Positions 27,401-36,351 of a stretch of 51,047 nucleotides of DNA are shown one piece after another. The translations under genes and the position numbers were made by a program. Below the pieces are notes generated by a model. It worked only from the letters and a program-made list of their open reading frames with translations, ran no database searches and was not told the origin of the DNA. The stretch spans positions 1 through 51,047 of IMG/VR virus record IMGVR_UViG_3300014867_000001. The stretch is one strand, 5' to 3'. This stretch comes from a virus (lineage: Duplodnaviria; Caudoviricetes). Numbering within the stretch: position 1 is the stretch's first letter; every line of letters begins with the position of its first letter.

Positions 27401-27558
27401 GTCACCCGGAAGCGCTTCCCAGGTTTGTCGAACTTCTTTTCGAGGGCAGCGTCGATCTCGTCCAGGATCGTAATCGGACGTCCTGCCGGTTGTTGGGACA
27501 GTGGCTTATTCACACCTGACTGTCCCAACGATGCGTTGATATCGTCGAAGATACTCAC
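21445..27558 (-). CDS. Large internal virion/ejection protein with N-terminal thermonuclease (SNase) domain
   Basis: 2037 aa in the P22 gp16-equivalent position; VIDGDT, VRLAGLDTPE, DKYGR at aa ~49-146. Confidence 0.8.
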   Translation of the reverse strand: MSIFDDINASLGQSGVNKPLSQQPAGRPITILDEIDAALEKKFDKPGKRFRVTNVIDGDTLDLEGFGRVRLAGLDTPETVHPTKKVQSGGPEASAFLKKLGTGKNVTVSLQAGDTQDKYGRHLAALTDDDGNIFNAEVIKGGHSKQTKEIPSSASVTTPETGRLWRSSVAAMQNGISRGFFYPVSSFFSNDWKLMQRAGDRARRDLLQELDSRGSIDGHVRDKVVLAPEIVGELIGGLPINVATYGAFRGATGVATAATMTGKVARSTVAAGASAASISAFAHLDNGESRFARMARDAAIGGAFEIIGIPLMRKAWREEIGQKVADEAVGKIAAETGFSAETVATHIDRLRSGNVGSDIAIAQALSRELAKNDTAANTILKLNADRAAGDWYADVLATKLEIDPLFFTQDANFGVHGRLELKNPVNGETQYLPFHVKSNPADRPAQPGQVSQTKFAVETRQLRDTALEFRRRGFEVKLDEARVGGIGAWTRFNNIFRGADGDLPLKSAPEGTLAARAERPVAGKRYRDAVSGKNVEVLGSEQPWDDFDSYPEARAVLRSAPGDEISSAVALARTSHEEDIATAGVKEINRRVVHYQKNLDQIEQQSDGGLLALDKMLVEADKSVNGYAAVRARVTNEMETRNLKRVRPDPKGVQPPIESIDEEGIEAQARGARTNDWGVAGYQRREGSNQLVDLMRQVKTSRGKSRQIRQGVRDQARRVRSTWNDLRNEDHARIASTADVLAEEDQLLAKQVSEREALPIPAGMPGFEANKWTVKVRDDRGVVSTQSLDKLFPLAEIQSPGYVARPLGLRPHSNGETRHGIVDLQSRKVITEDFDRPSEYWRSPEATAIDEEDYLVGHMPRVFMHGQGITLSIPNTANFDSMTGEWRSGIRYPKIGGAVEDVGPRDTIQGLQRGRGDYNPNLPRVKGNQHPTDPGERNVIRQSATPVRFFDPDRQQWKTKPRSEADFWEVFAGKPDTSVTRRHMPAGYVPRKAAKPGHAGEYSEDSIPRVLEQRATEFGEESIRPASFALTKDGAEKSLEMVTARRAAQVLLTQGADPTTPVRITVSGAQFDAVDGSFEWTLDELSKLKFGDASYDSLTQAARERGFRIAPDAEGYIVGGQGGQYRFPTGQEALEFLLRVPRGKKYGPVIEKKLLQAWAVDGPERSTDAVVDGVRFRETSLQESSITEVVGGGSAATIVQSKHGRMLNGTVQALAKKANVGGSFNAMPIDGVFSDKAHDLKQFVVYEKGAVRARINAHQETLRKMGIDPSQGEEAVMSQLNQFGHGTGLHFLFGNRNPSDALLYAQLRQWNQPELFRRGSLQYDSHGPFRTYTETNRKEIIAALSENPPNPIYDPALEKRLAKAGIGGPVGAPRGIRDVLASAPDEGGSGPRTPFDSLAPIGAGGGDLRPPVVELTGAAEEEYLSSSRTFRMTDFFRVPMELFKEYQQATGIPFYRWWQSIDHGRTQVIRATHPLFNQVHAMARLLPRDERIQVGKLFELRYLDNAAYQRVQGQAPDTVKKAEGLLDSVLRKFITDLDMDPEKELKELPHFRRMNMDSVELRPYDSTRPPNPITRKSRSFGENLGLDEREYDFAVTMKRYGRALAHEKYLAQEWTDIDKSLTQLAGVESDHGVKVMIDFFNRHRAEAVHAQDRLGYGMAMGIRNITKRVLGVELAHDEAVDVVGTLTGANYFANMAFNMGMTARNYLQTLQTVFPVMGGTDTAFGIRMGLRWRKDPNIRAAMEKRDIVNTNAMLEPLSNIQQALLESPRLAGYAEGAGKVVDFMNKGVQFYQSADDFNRVVAYYSQFNAAERAGKQFLDRKISWAEYLVESKAEFRDVDAGELIVQVKQALGSGNNELASHLLALDFAKASQFLYSRGNVPYVMQSTAGRLFGQYGTWPAWYTEWFGNHMLRRGSTKSRVQFAARWAGVNAAFFYGMSEVFGVDFGRWSFFAPLVYTGGPLAQVGMQAGSALSAAASGDEDAVSRIQAARLRTSAWKQFLPFPTVASSHALKSAEAFGQGDYGESLKMLFGLPDVRP

Positions 27559-29318
27559 TTGCGAATCCCTTCAAGGATCTTCTTGATTTCGAGGAGCCTC
27601 TCGTCGATGGCCGTGATCACTTCCGGGTTGGTCGCTCTCTCCTTCGTTTGGATAAGCTTCCTCGCCCCGTCCTCGAGGTGACGATGCATGAGGATGCGCA
27701 CGCCGGGGGTGGTCAGCAACTTCTCATTCAACCACTTCCCGATCTGCGTACCATCCCAGTCCTTCTGCATTCCGAGTAACTCCATCGCTTGTTCCTGAGT
27801 GACGTTCCCACCCAGGTTTTGCATAAGCGGACCGGCTGCGTTAACAGGGTTACCTGGCGAAGCCCACACCTCACCGAGGAAACCCATAACGGAGGGACCG
27901 ACGGCATCTGCGAAGACGCGCCCTCCGAGCGAGGTATCGTCGCTGATCTTGTCTCCAACGGCCTGCCCAGCGAGACTACCTGTACCGAACATCGTCTTCA
28001 CCCCGGACATGATCGCGTCTCTCCACACAGGCTGCTTCGCGGCCATAGGGTCGAGGCCCATATCCTTCGCGACGATTTCGACAATCTTATCCGAGAGGAG
28101 TTCGATCTGATTCCCGAGTTGCTTCTTATTCCCGACGCCTGCTTTCCTCTCGTCGAGCAGCGTCTGAATCGTCTCTCGCCATCCCTTAATGCTCTCCCGA
28201 ACGTTCTGACTCCTCTTCATCAAAACATCCGTGAACAAGGCTTCCGCCTCATTCCCCATCTTCGTCTGGGCCATCTCGATGAAGCCCTTGTACTGCGTCT
28301 CAGCACCCTCCGACAACTTCGTGCCGTACATAACGTGCCCGGCAAGCTGTCCCGCGGTGTCCGAGTTCAGCGTATACCCGCTCTGCTGCATGAGCGAGTT
28401 CACAATCTGCATCTTGAAGTGGGCTTCCGACTGAATCCTCCCCTTCACGCCTTCTTGGTAGGTTGCCCAGCCCAGCTGCAGTTGCTGGGCTGCTGTGGTC
28501 TTCATCTTCTGATCCAACCCGTTGAGGAGATCGTACTTCCCCTCATACTGAGCCTGGACAACTGCCGCCGCATACTTCTTCGCAGCGCCGGCATCCCCGA
28601 AGAGCTGCATCCCTTCCTGCGTCGCACGGACCATCGCGGCGTTCCTCGCTTGCGGTCCGATGTCAAACTTCTGCTGCATGACCCTCTCGGTCATGTCAGG
28701 ATACTGCTTGGACAAATCCTCCAGGATAAACTGGTCGACGGGTTTGTCCCAGCCGAGGGAACGTTCAAACGGACTATCCGACTTCCGCAATGCATCCCGA
28801 AGTTCGGTATCCGACTTCCTCGTCTCGAAGTCAAACGCTCCGATCTTCAGGTTCTGTCTCATCGCCTCCAGCTGGACCTTCCCGGTCTCAACAGCCTGGT
28901 CGGCGAGGTCAACGGCCGTAGCGATAGTCGCCTTGTCCCGTTCCTTCTGAGCGAGTTCCTCCGACGTCCATTTGCGGATCGCGTCAGGACGAAGCCGGAA
29001 CTTCGGCTCCTTCTTCCCGCCTCCATCCTGCGGCCGCTCAGCCTGAGGGATTTCCTCCATCAAGCCGAGGTACGTCAATACGTCCGGAGTCTGCGACTTC
29101 GTGAACAACGTCTGCGCGTCAGGCGTGAGCGAGTTATACTTCATCCTCGCATCGAGCTTCGCGTGAACGAGATTAGCGTCGTTCGACTTCTTCTGCTGCG
29201 AGAGCTGCATCCCAGCCTGCAACGTCCCCATGAACGACTGGACGAAGGAGGCGACCTTATCTCCTGCCCCATCTTCGTAATACTGCCGTCCTTGTTTATC
29301 CGTCTTAAGCCTGGGCAT
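27555..29318 (-). CDS. Internal virion/ejection protein
   Basis: Helical, Q/A/K-rich; middle of three ejection-type genes. Confidence 0.65.
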   Translation of the reverse strand: MPRLKTDKQGRQYYEDGAGDKVASFVQSFMGTLQAGMQLSQQKKSNDANLVHAKLDARMKYNSLTPDAQTLFTKSQTPDVLTYLGLMEEIPQAERPQDGGGKKEPKFRLRPDAIRKWTSEELAQKERDKATIATAVDLADQAVETGKVQLEAMRQNLKIGAFDFETRKSDTELRDALRKSDSPFERSLGWDKPVDQFILEDLSKQYPDMTERVMQQKFDIGPQARNAAMVRATQEGMQLFGDAGAAKKYAAAVVQAQYEGKYDLLNGLDQKMKTTAAQQLQLGWATYQEGVKGRIQSEAHFKMQIVNSLMQQSGYTLNSDTAGQLAGHVMYGTKLSEGAETQYKGFIEMAQTKMGNEAEALFTDVLMKRSQNVRESIKGWRETIQTLLDERKAGVGNKKQLGNQIELLSDKIVEIVAKDMGLDPMAAKQPVWRDAIMSGVKTMFGTGSLAGQAVGDKISDDTSLGGRVFADAVGPSVMGFLGEVWASPGNPVNAAGPLMQNLGGNVTQEQAMELLGMQKDWDGTQIGKWLNEKLLTTPGVRILMHRHLEDGARKLIQTKERATNPEVITAIDERLLEIKKILEGIRK

Positions 29319-31188
29319 GAGCCAACTCCTTCATGCTCTGCATCAACACACCCATCACGTCGATGAGGTGAATCGTTCTTCCATCACCCACACCGAACTT
29401 CTCCTGGAAGTCCTGTGCCATCGGTCCGATATGGCGCACCGGATCTCCCTTATACCGCCACGTGGAGATAGGCAAGTCCTTCACCATCTCCAGGACGTTA
29501 CCTTCGACGGGCTCGATAGCCTCCTTCGCGTTTCGATCGGACAGCATCGGAGCCCAGTAGGGCATACTCGCCATGAGGCCTCCGCCTATCGCACCGATCG
29601 CCGAGGGCCACCCACTCGACCCCTGCTGATATGGTTGTTGTACAGGCGGGAAGTTCGTTGCGTAGCCCATCGCATTCTGGAGCATCGGCGGGCCTTGTGC
29701 CTGACGAAGAACCTCGTTATACCACCGCGAGAGGTTTGCCTCCTGCATCCTCGAGGACTCCTGCGCGTAAGCACCGAGGCCAGGAGTAAGCGAAGCCGCG
29801 GCACTCGCGAGGCCTGCTCCTCCTTGCATGTATTGACCAGCGCCGCCCATTAGATTGCCGAGATGCTGTCCCTGCAGACCTGCGTTGCCAAGCTGGAGAT
29901 TCCCGTACGTTCCCATTGCGGAGTTCGCGAGCCCGCCTGCATTCGCAGTAGCGCTCATACTCCGATCAGCACCCTGACCCCACAAACTCATCAGGGACGA
30001 GAGCGAATCCTGAATCCCAGAACCCGCCTGTATCGCTTGGCCGCTGGATCCGAGGTTAAGCTGCCCAACCGAGGATAGGAGTTGCGAGAGAGCACTCTGC
30101 TCCGTACCGCCCGCAGAAAGCCTACGATTCTGCGCCTGCGTATCCAACCCCGCCGCCAGTTCTGACTGTTGTTTGATGATGTCTGCAATACCGCGACTGG
30201 CACCACGACCAAGGGCATCTGAAATATCAGAACCAGCACCCAGACCCATCGCTCCGTATTGCTCACGGATCTGGGCAAGGGTATCTTCCAACGTCTGCAT
30301 GCCCGACGTCTTAATCGCATCCAGCTGCGGATTGATGTCATTGCGACCACCTGTGAGAGCGAGCTGACGGAGGGTATCCATCCCCATCCCGCCCTGAGCC
30401 CCAGCGAGGAGAGGATTGTTAACCGCGGACGGGTTCATGGACGCAGCATTCAACGCCTGCATTCCTTGTCCACCCATCATCTGATTAGCGTAGCCTTGAT
30501 TCCAACCACCTCCCTGCGCTAGGCCCATCAACTGCGACATCGCGTTCTGCGATCCGTTGACATACGGCGACAGCATGGAGTAGTCAGCCTGAGGAGCTTG
30601 AGCCCTCATCAACTGATCCATATACCCAAGGCCTCGATTCGTCGCACCCTGCGAGGCGTTGAGGGAGTTGTACATCGTGTTGTTGAAGGTGCCCCACGAT
30701 GGATCCATCGACAACGTGAGGTCTTCACGTCCGAAGATAGGATCGTAGCGACCCCCCGGATTCTTCAACGCGTCGAGCATATACCCTTGCAGGTATTGCC
30801 GGAGAGGTCCTAGGTCAGGAGGGATGTTCCCAGATTGGTAATTCGGCGAAGTATTACGTACTCCTCCGTTAGTATAACCTCCGCCGTCTGGAGGAACATA
30901 CCCTGGAGGAATAGGCCTACCATCTTCCGAGTACTCTTGATCCTGATCTCTTGGAACTGCCACACCTGACGAACTCGCTTGTCTCGCAGACACCCCATTC
31001 AACGCGGTCCCCTGAAACATGTTCGCCCAGCCTGCGGGCATGTTCGCGGCGACGGAAGGCTGTTGATCGCCTTGTAACTTCTGCCGTGCTATCCGCATGT
31101 CATGCACGGGTTGCATCCGTGCAGCCATCGGATTCGCCGACATCATTCCTACACCAAAGAAGTCTTCGGTCTTGGGAGCAGCGAACAT
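29305..31188 (-). CDS. Gly/Gln-rich pilot/ejection protein with C-terminal Peptidase_S74 intramolecular chaperone domain
   Basis: G/A/Q/M-rich body; SDRNAKEAI...WRYK...HIGPMAQDF at 29541-29305. Confidence 0.75.
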   Translation of the reverse strand: MFAAPKTEDFFGVGMMSANPMAARMQPVHDMRIARQKLQGDQQPSVAANMPAGWANMFQGTALNGVSARQASSSGVAVPRDQDQEYSEDGRPIPPGYVPPDGGGYTNGGVRNTSPNYQSGNIPPDLGPLRQYLQGYMLDALKNPGGRYDPIFGREDLTLSMDPSWGTFNNTMYNSLNASQGATNRGLGYMDQLMRAQAPQADYSMLSPYVNGSQNAMSQLMGLAQGGGWNQGYANQMMGGQGMQALNAASMNPSAVNNPLLAGAQGGMGMDTLRQLALTGGRNDINPQLDAIKTSGMQTLEDTLAQIREQYGAMGLGAGSDISDALGRGASRGIADIIKQQSELAAGLDTQAQNRRLSAGGTEQSALSQLLSSVGQLNLGSSGQAIQAGSGIQDSLSSLMSLWGQGADRSMSATANAGGLANSAMGTYGNLQLGNAGLQGQHLGNLMGGAGQYMQGGAGLASAAASLTPGLGAYAQESSRMQEANLSRWYNEVLRQAQGPPMLQNAMGYATNFPPVQQPYQQGSSGWPSAIGAIGGGLMASMPYWAPMLSDRNAKEAIEPVEGNVLEMVKDLPISTWRYKGDPVRHIGPMAQDFQEKFGVGDGRTIHLIDVMGVLMQSMKELAHAQA

Positions 31189-31652
31189 TCTAATTCCTCA
31201 CGGAGCATGCCGAGGACCCAGAGATCGGTCGGCGGTTGAGAAGGCCACATTCTCCGTAACGTGCCTTCCATGACGAACCCGATGTCTCGATAGAACGACT
31301 TCAACGGGACATTACTCACCGGGACGGAAACGCTGATCTTCATCAGCTCGAACTTCTCAAACGCCTCCGCCATGATCATCTTCACGACTTCCTTACGATT
31401 CCGGTGAAGCTTCTGATCCCAGAATACTACGTCGAGGTAACCGTAATATCCCGGAATAATCCCTGAGAGGTAGACTAGGCCAACCTCCCCCGTCTGCACG
31501 AACCACGCGTTCTTCGCGATGAGCGTCGCTGCGAAGGCCTCCACCGATGTTCTCGGCAGCTTCAACTTCGCATACTGCTCCACCAACTGCATCGCGTGTT
31601 CCGGCGTCTCAAGCACCAACGGCTTGAGGTCATCCGGCCGTAGCTGTGTCAC
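31149..31652 (-). CDS. GNAT-fold virion assembly protein (P22 gp14-like position)
   Basis: AFEKFEL.KI...VPVSN......IGFVMEGTLR; GTGA overlap start at 31652. Confidence 0.75.
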   Translation of the reverse strand: MTQLRPDDLKPLVLETPEHAMQLVEQYAKLKLPRTSVEAFAATLIAKNAWFVQTGEVGLVYLSGIIPGYYGYLDVVFWDQKLHRNRKEVVKMIMAEAFEKFELMKISVSVPVSNVPLKSFYRDIGFVMEGTLRRMWPSQPPTDLWVLGMLREELECSLLPRPKTSLV

Positions 31653-32041
31653 GCCGTCACGGGTGGAGCTAAGACGAATATCTTTAACGATTGTGCGTTC
31701 GTGCTGACCGTGATGTAGATTGTTGACGTTGTCCATGCTGTTGCACCTTTGTTAACGACGCCCGTTACCGGTGGGATCATCAGAATAAACCCTACCGGTA
31801 CCACTCCTAACGTATGACTAACCGCTGTCTCCGTTCCTCCAACTGCGTGGGAGGTGAACTCAATCCACTGGCCCGATATATTGTCGGTGTCGGTGCCATT
31901 TCCAAACGTGATCTGGCCGTTGAGCCACTGAGCCCAGGTGTCCAATAACTTGCCAACGTCGGCCGTGACACGGGTCGCCCATTGCTGCCATGATGGAAAC
32001 TTCTCAGGAGAAAACGGATTGAACGATACATTAAACTTCAC
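31649..32041 (-). CDS. Tail-associated structural protein
   Basis: VSHTLGVVP.GF motif; sits between the tail hub and the GNAT gene. Confidence 0.6.
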   Translation of the reverse strand: MKFNVSFNPFSPEKFPSWQQWATRVTADVGKLLDTWAQWLNGQITFGNGTDTDNISGQWIEFTSHAVGGTETAVSHTLGVVPVGFILMIPPVTGVVNKGATAWTTSTIYITVSTNAQSLKIFVLAPPVTA

Positions 32042-33645
32042 GTCTGGATCGGCTCCCGCAACTCCAACACGGGATTGAACTCGATGATCTGAAAAGACTC
32101 ATCGGAAGTATTATTCACGAACTTGAAACGAACACGATCCCCTGTCACCTGGTAGTCGTCAAAGATGGCATCGATATTGCCTCCTGGAGTACCAGTCGTA
32201 TTCAGCGAGAGCGAGTACGGCCCAACCCATGAGCCTCCACCGTTAGTGGAGAAGTAAAGCTGCACAGTGCAGTTAGCACCGGTATCCTTATATTTTATCC
32301 CGAGAGACTTCAGCGTAATCCTACTCGGAGGAACTTCCGTCGTTATATCATCGGACTCCAAGTCACGCGAAGTCCAATAACAGTTAATCGCAGCTCCATT
32401 ATCCCCAGAGTACTGCTGTCCCCAACGATAAACCTTCCCATCCGTATGCCCGGTAATCAGCATCGGGTACGCGGACGCTAGGAGTCTTGAATCATACTCC
32501 CAATTCTGAGCGTCGATCGTCCCGACAAGATCGTCGATAGTCGTAGTGTCATCATTCCTACAAAGCGTGGCGCAAGTCGGGCCAGAAATGGACCATGGAT
32601 ACCAGATGTCCCTTCCGTAGTTATACACCCACACTGCATTCGGGGTTGTCGCACCTCCCTGACATGCGAAAAGAAGATACTCCTTCGTGTCGCTCATCAC
32701 CTCAGAGAAATTCGCCCGGATCGCTGACGGCGTCACCTGATTGAAAATGTAATCCCGGATGGGCAACGCGACACCCCTCTCCTGAACGCCATTCCAATTA
32801 TAGATATCATCATTCCCCATGAAGATATGGCCGGTGCTACCCGGCAACGGCTTCAAGGTTCTTTCGGCATAAAGCCCAACACCCTCCGTCTTGACCCGAA
32901 GTGTATACGGAGCAAGGACCTGCCCTGTTCTCTCGGCCATGTGAATCGACCGCTCCGTATACGCGATCATCCCTTCCCCAAGCTTCCTGATCCCCCGTAG
33001 TTGATACGGGTACTCAGTCTGATCGGAGAACCCCGATCCCGCCCCCGTCCAATCGGTGTGGTCACTAGCGACTGGTCTACGGATGCGGAAGGGCTTAGTA
33101 ACACCAGTCTCAACGGTGTACGCGGCGAATAATCGGTCTGCGAAACGAGTGAGATATCGGGTGATAGGGGCATTGGCATTCAGGACTGCGTAAGTCGTTG
33201 CCACCGTAGAGATATCATGCCGTAGAATCTTATCCACGCCTTGACAGAAGACGATGGAGTTCTGAGAGGTCTCGAACGTAAACCACTGCGTATCTCCCCC
33301 AGCCATCGCAGGACCAGTCAGCGCAGCCCAGAGGTTCAACGCGAAGTCGTACTTCGACACTCCCGCAGCCGTACACGCGATCAGATGAGTGTTATACTCA
33401 TCATCCTGCGTGGCGTAGATTCCCATGATTTGCCCGCCGAGAGAAGACATCCCTGTCGGGAAGACGGAGTACCCTGGTCGCTTACAGAGTCTTCCCTCGT
33501 AAACGAAACAGTTCAGCATATCCGGAGAAGAGTTAGGTGGAAACTCTCCCTCCTCCGTATAACGCCACATACCTCCGGTAGGTTGTATCGGCACAGCTCT
33601 TGTCTGCGGATACATCACCTGACGACTGCGGCGTTTGGTGTCCAT
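32038..33645 (-). CDS. Tail hub/stabilisation protein (P22 gp10-like beta-propeller)
   Basis: N...GRLCKRPG start, beta-rich 535 aa, synteny. Confidence 0.75.
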   Translation of the reverse strand: MDTKRRSRQVMYPQTRAVPIQPTGGMWRYTEEGEFPPNSSPDMLNCFVYEGRLCKRPGYSVFPTGMSSLGGQIMGIYATQDDEYNTHLIACTAAGVSKYDFALNLWAALTGPAMAGGDTQWFTFETSQNSIVFCQGVDKILRHDISTVATTYAVLNANAPITRYLTRFADRLFAAYTVETGVTKPFRIRRPVASDHTDWTGAGSGFSDQTEYPYQLRGIRKLGEGMIAYTERSIHMAERTGQVLAPYTLRVKTEGVGLYAERTLKPLPGSTGHIFMGNDDIYNWNGVQERGVALPIRDYIFNQVTPSAIRANFSEVMSDTKEYLLFACQGGATTPNAVWVYNYGRDIWYPWSISGPTCATLCRNDDTTTIDDLVGTIDAQNWEYDSRLLASAYPMLITGHTDGKVYRWGQQYSGDNGAAINCYWTSRDLESDDITTEVPPSRITLKSLGIKYKDTGANCTVQLYFSTNGGGSWVGPYSLSLNTTGTPGGNIDAIFDDYQVTGDRVRFKFVNNTSDESFQIIEFNPVLELREPIQT

Positions 33646-33932
33646 TATGGCTGAGCGATGACAGTTTTGAGGATGGCGTAGAGCACCGCGAGAATGATTG
33701 GTCCACCGATAAAGACAATCACAGAACGGATCTCTTTAATCCGTTCCGTGATATACTCCATCTGCACTCCCGTAGCCATCTCCCGCTTGATCTCCGCTAC
33801 GTCGTCTTTCATATACCTATACTCCAGCTCGACGAGATTCAGGCGGTTCGAGAGCGTCCCAATATCTCCAGAGATATCGTGCAGACGCTTTCGAATCGCG
33901 CTGATCCCTTCCGAGTTAGAATCTTCCACCAT
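33645..33932 (-). CDS. Coiled-coil protein with C-terminal transmembrane helix
   Basis: GAGGAG RBS; VIVFIGGPIILAVLYAIL. Confidence 0.65.
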   Translation of the reverse strand: MVEDSNSEGISAIRKRLHDISGDIGTLSNRLNLVELEYRYMKDDVAEIKREMATGVQMEYITERIKEIRSVIVFIGGPIILAVLYAILKTVIAQP

Positions 33933-33957
33933 CATCCACTCCTCAGGGGGGAAGTAC

Positions 33958-34332
33958 TTACGCCACTTCTTCCGTTGACGCCCCGTCAAGGGCATCGTAC
34001 AGGTCGGCAACGTCGTCGCATCCCGACGTTAACCATTCGACGCAGTCGACGTATGTCGTCAGCATCTTGTACTCGTCCGCGGTGAGAACGAGCTTCGCGG
34101 ATTCGCCCTTGAGCTTCCTCGGCGGCTCCTTCGGATCCTTCTCTCGCGCTTCCTTGTTGTCGTCGCTGATCTCGTGCAGCTTCGCCTTGATCCGACGCTC
34201 AGTCCGGGCCACCGAACCGGGCGAACCAAGATCCTTCTTCTTGTTTCCTGCCGCGTTGCCGCCACCGATGAACGCCGCGTACAGGTTGTTGAAAACGTCC
34301 ACCTTCGGAATTGTGATGACTTTCGTGACCAT
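33958..34332 (-). CDS. Hypothetical protein (possible fibre chaperone)
   Basis: AGGAG RBS before MVTKV; alternative start 34368. Confidence 0.6.
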   Translation of the reverse strand: MVTKVITIPKVDVFNNLYAAFIGGGNAAGNKKKDLGSPGSVARTERRIKAKLHEISDDNKEAREKDPKEPPRKLKGESAKLVLTADEYKMLTTYVDCVEWLTSGCDDVADLYDALDGASTEEVA

Positions 34333-34372
34333 GTTTTTGATACTCCTGAACTGCGTGACTGAGCTCATAGCA

Positions 34373-35134
34373 CTACCCCGTGAAGTTCATTTCGACCGCG
34401 CCTGGTCCACCTACGCTTCCTGTCCCACCGTTAGGTCCAGGAGAGTTACTACTCCAACCGCCTCCGCCGCCCCAACCTGCTGCGATGCCAGCACACGAGA
34501 CGCTAGCACCATCACCGCCCTGGTCACCTTGACCGGGAGTCGCTCCGTGGTCAGCGGTGCCGTTAGTCATGCCGCCACCATTACCCCCGCCACCGAGTTC
34601 GATAGAGCCAGCGGCACCGCCTCCGCCACCTCCACCGGTACCTCCGTTTGTAGTACCCGGCTGGCCTCCAGGCGCAATAGATTCTCCTACACCCCCTATA
34701 CCGCCATCTCCGCCAGCCCTGCCCGTACCTGTCCCGACTGCACCACCGGACGAACCAGAAGCGCCGTTCATCTCGATGATTTTTGCGCCTCCTTGAATTC
34801 CGATAAAGGCAGAAAGGGCTGACCCAGGAGCAGGAACGCGTATCTCGTAAGTAACGTTCGGAATGAAGGTATACGAGGCAGTGCCGTCTGCACCACCACC
34901 ACCGCCGACTGCTCCATCAGGAGAAACGAAGTTCACGTGTGACCCGTTTTGACCCTGATATCCTGCACCGACTGCTTCAAGATCAAATGCGCACGTCCGG
35001 TTCACCGTGAACGTATACGTCCCGACCGTCGCGAAAGGCACGTTCGGACTCGACAACAACGCTTGCGAGCCAGACGTCGTACCCGTCCACGTGATAATCG
35101 GAGCAGGCAAGCCTGTAGGTTTCATCCCCAGCAT
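34373..35134 (-). CDS. Glycine-rich tail fibre-associated protein
   Basis: VGAG, GGGGG repeats, terminal GGPGAV. Confidence 0.7.
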   Translation of the reverse strand: MLGMKPTGLPAPIITWTGTTSGSQALLSSPNVPFATVGTYTFTVNRTCAFDLEAVGAGYQGQNGSHVNFVSPDGAVGGGGGADGTASYTFIPNVTYEIRVPAPGSALSAFIGIQGGAKIIEMNGASGSSGGAVGTGTGRAGGDGGIGGVGESIAPGGQPGTTNGGTGGGGGGGAAGSIELGGGGNGGGMTNGTADHGATPGQGDQGGDGASVSCAGIAAGWGGGGGWSSNSPGPNGGTGSVGGPGAVEMNFTG

Positions 35135-36351
35135 TACGGGGTCCAGTTCTGTCCGACAGTCGACCCGAACCAGGTCGTCCCGCCGTTAACCGTGTGGAAG
35201 TAGAAGACGTCCAACCTACCACTTGTCGTCGTACGAGTAGGAGCAGTACCTCCCGCCCACTTCACCGTATTCGCGAACCAGTCCCAAGTCTGCGCTGAAC
35301 CATTCGCCAACACACGAAGCACAAATGACGCGAACTTCCCACTCGCAGGGATGTTCGAAATCGTCATCGTCGTGATAGTATTGTCCAACGTAAACGTGAA
35401 CGACGACCCTAGAGCCATGTTCACGGTAAGCGTCGCACCTGAGATCGAGATGGCAGTGTCTTCTTCGTCGTATCCTACGAAAGACTGAGTCGACGTCCAG
35501 GCGTTCGCAGAACCGAGTAGACCAACCCCCGTAAGACTCACTCCCGAGAGGTTCGCGAAGTACGTCGACGAGATCGCAGTGATCTTTCCGGTAGAATCGA
35601 CGAGACTGACATTCCCCGACCCGATCGTCAACCCGCCTGCAATATCAACAGCACCATTCAACGCGGACGTCCCGGCGACCGTAAGATTCCCGGAGAGCGT
35701 CATATCGGTAGTAGTGATACCACCGGACACCGACGCATTGAACGTAACTGCCCCATTAAACGTCGACGCTCCCGTAACAGTGAACGTTCCACCGACCGCA
35801 ACGTTCCCCGTCGTGGTCATCGTCGCGATTTGGAGATCAACGAAGTACCCTGTTGCCCACCGCGCAGCTCCGCTTCCGAAGTTCCGTGCGTTATCCGTTG
35901 TCGGGACAACATTCCCCGCAAAGGTGGTGGCACCGAACGCACCAGTGACCGCGGTCAGCAGACCTGCCTTGGTCAAGGAACCCTTGGAAGAGGCTCCCAC
36001 CTGGAAGTCGAACAGCTTAGACGTTGCGTCAGACGCGGTGTCCGTGATGTTCACCTTAATTGCGGTCGGTGCTCCCGTCGTATTCCACGTCTGTGCGAGG
36101 TCGAACATATTCGAAGCGTTCGATCCCGTCAGGCTATTCGCCGCGGAGATGGAGATCAGTGATGTGTTATCCGCTGCCCGGAAAGGGAGTGTCATCGGAT
36201 AACCGTCGTACGTCTGATCATCGTTCCACTTGAAGCAGACGGACATCCTCTCGTCGACATCCAGCTTCATCGTTCGCATGTGGTTATCAATCGACGAAGC
36301 GAACTCCGAGCCGAGAGGCGTCGAATTGTTCCAGGCGTTTGTATGCGCCAT
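35134..36351 (-). CDS. Tail fibre/spike protein
   Basis: T/G/S-rich beta repeats; C-terminal VKWAGGTAPT..T..D.F.F..GGTTWFG module. Confidence 0.75.
   Translation of the reverse strand: MAHTNAWNNSTPLGSEFASSIDNHMRTMKLDVDERMSVCFKWNDDQTYDGYPMTLPFRAADNTSLISISAANSLTGSNASNMFDLAQTWNTTGAPTAIKVNITDTASDATSKLFDFQVGASSKGSLTKAGLLTAVTGAFGATTFAGNVVPTTDNARNFGSGAARWATGYFVDLQIATMTTTGNVAVGGTFTVTGASTFNGAVTFNASVSGGITTTDMTLSGNLTVAGTSALNGAVDIAGGLTIGSGNVSLVDSTGKITAISSTYFANLSGVSLTGVGLLGSANAWTSTQSFVGYDEEDTAISISGATLTVNMALGSSFTFTLDNTITTMTISNIPASGKFASFVLRVLANGSAQTWDWFANTVKWAGGTAPTRTTTSGRLDVFYFHTVNGGTTWFGSTVGQNWTP

Noticed and set aside
27789-29366. 525-aa + strand ORF
   Set aside because: Antisense shadow of the 27555..29318 gene; its L/R/H-rich composition is typical of reverse-frame artefacts.
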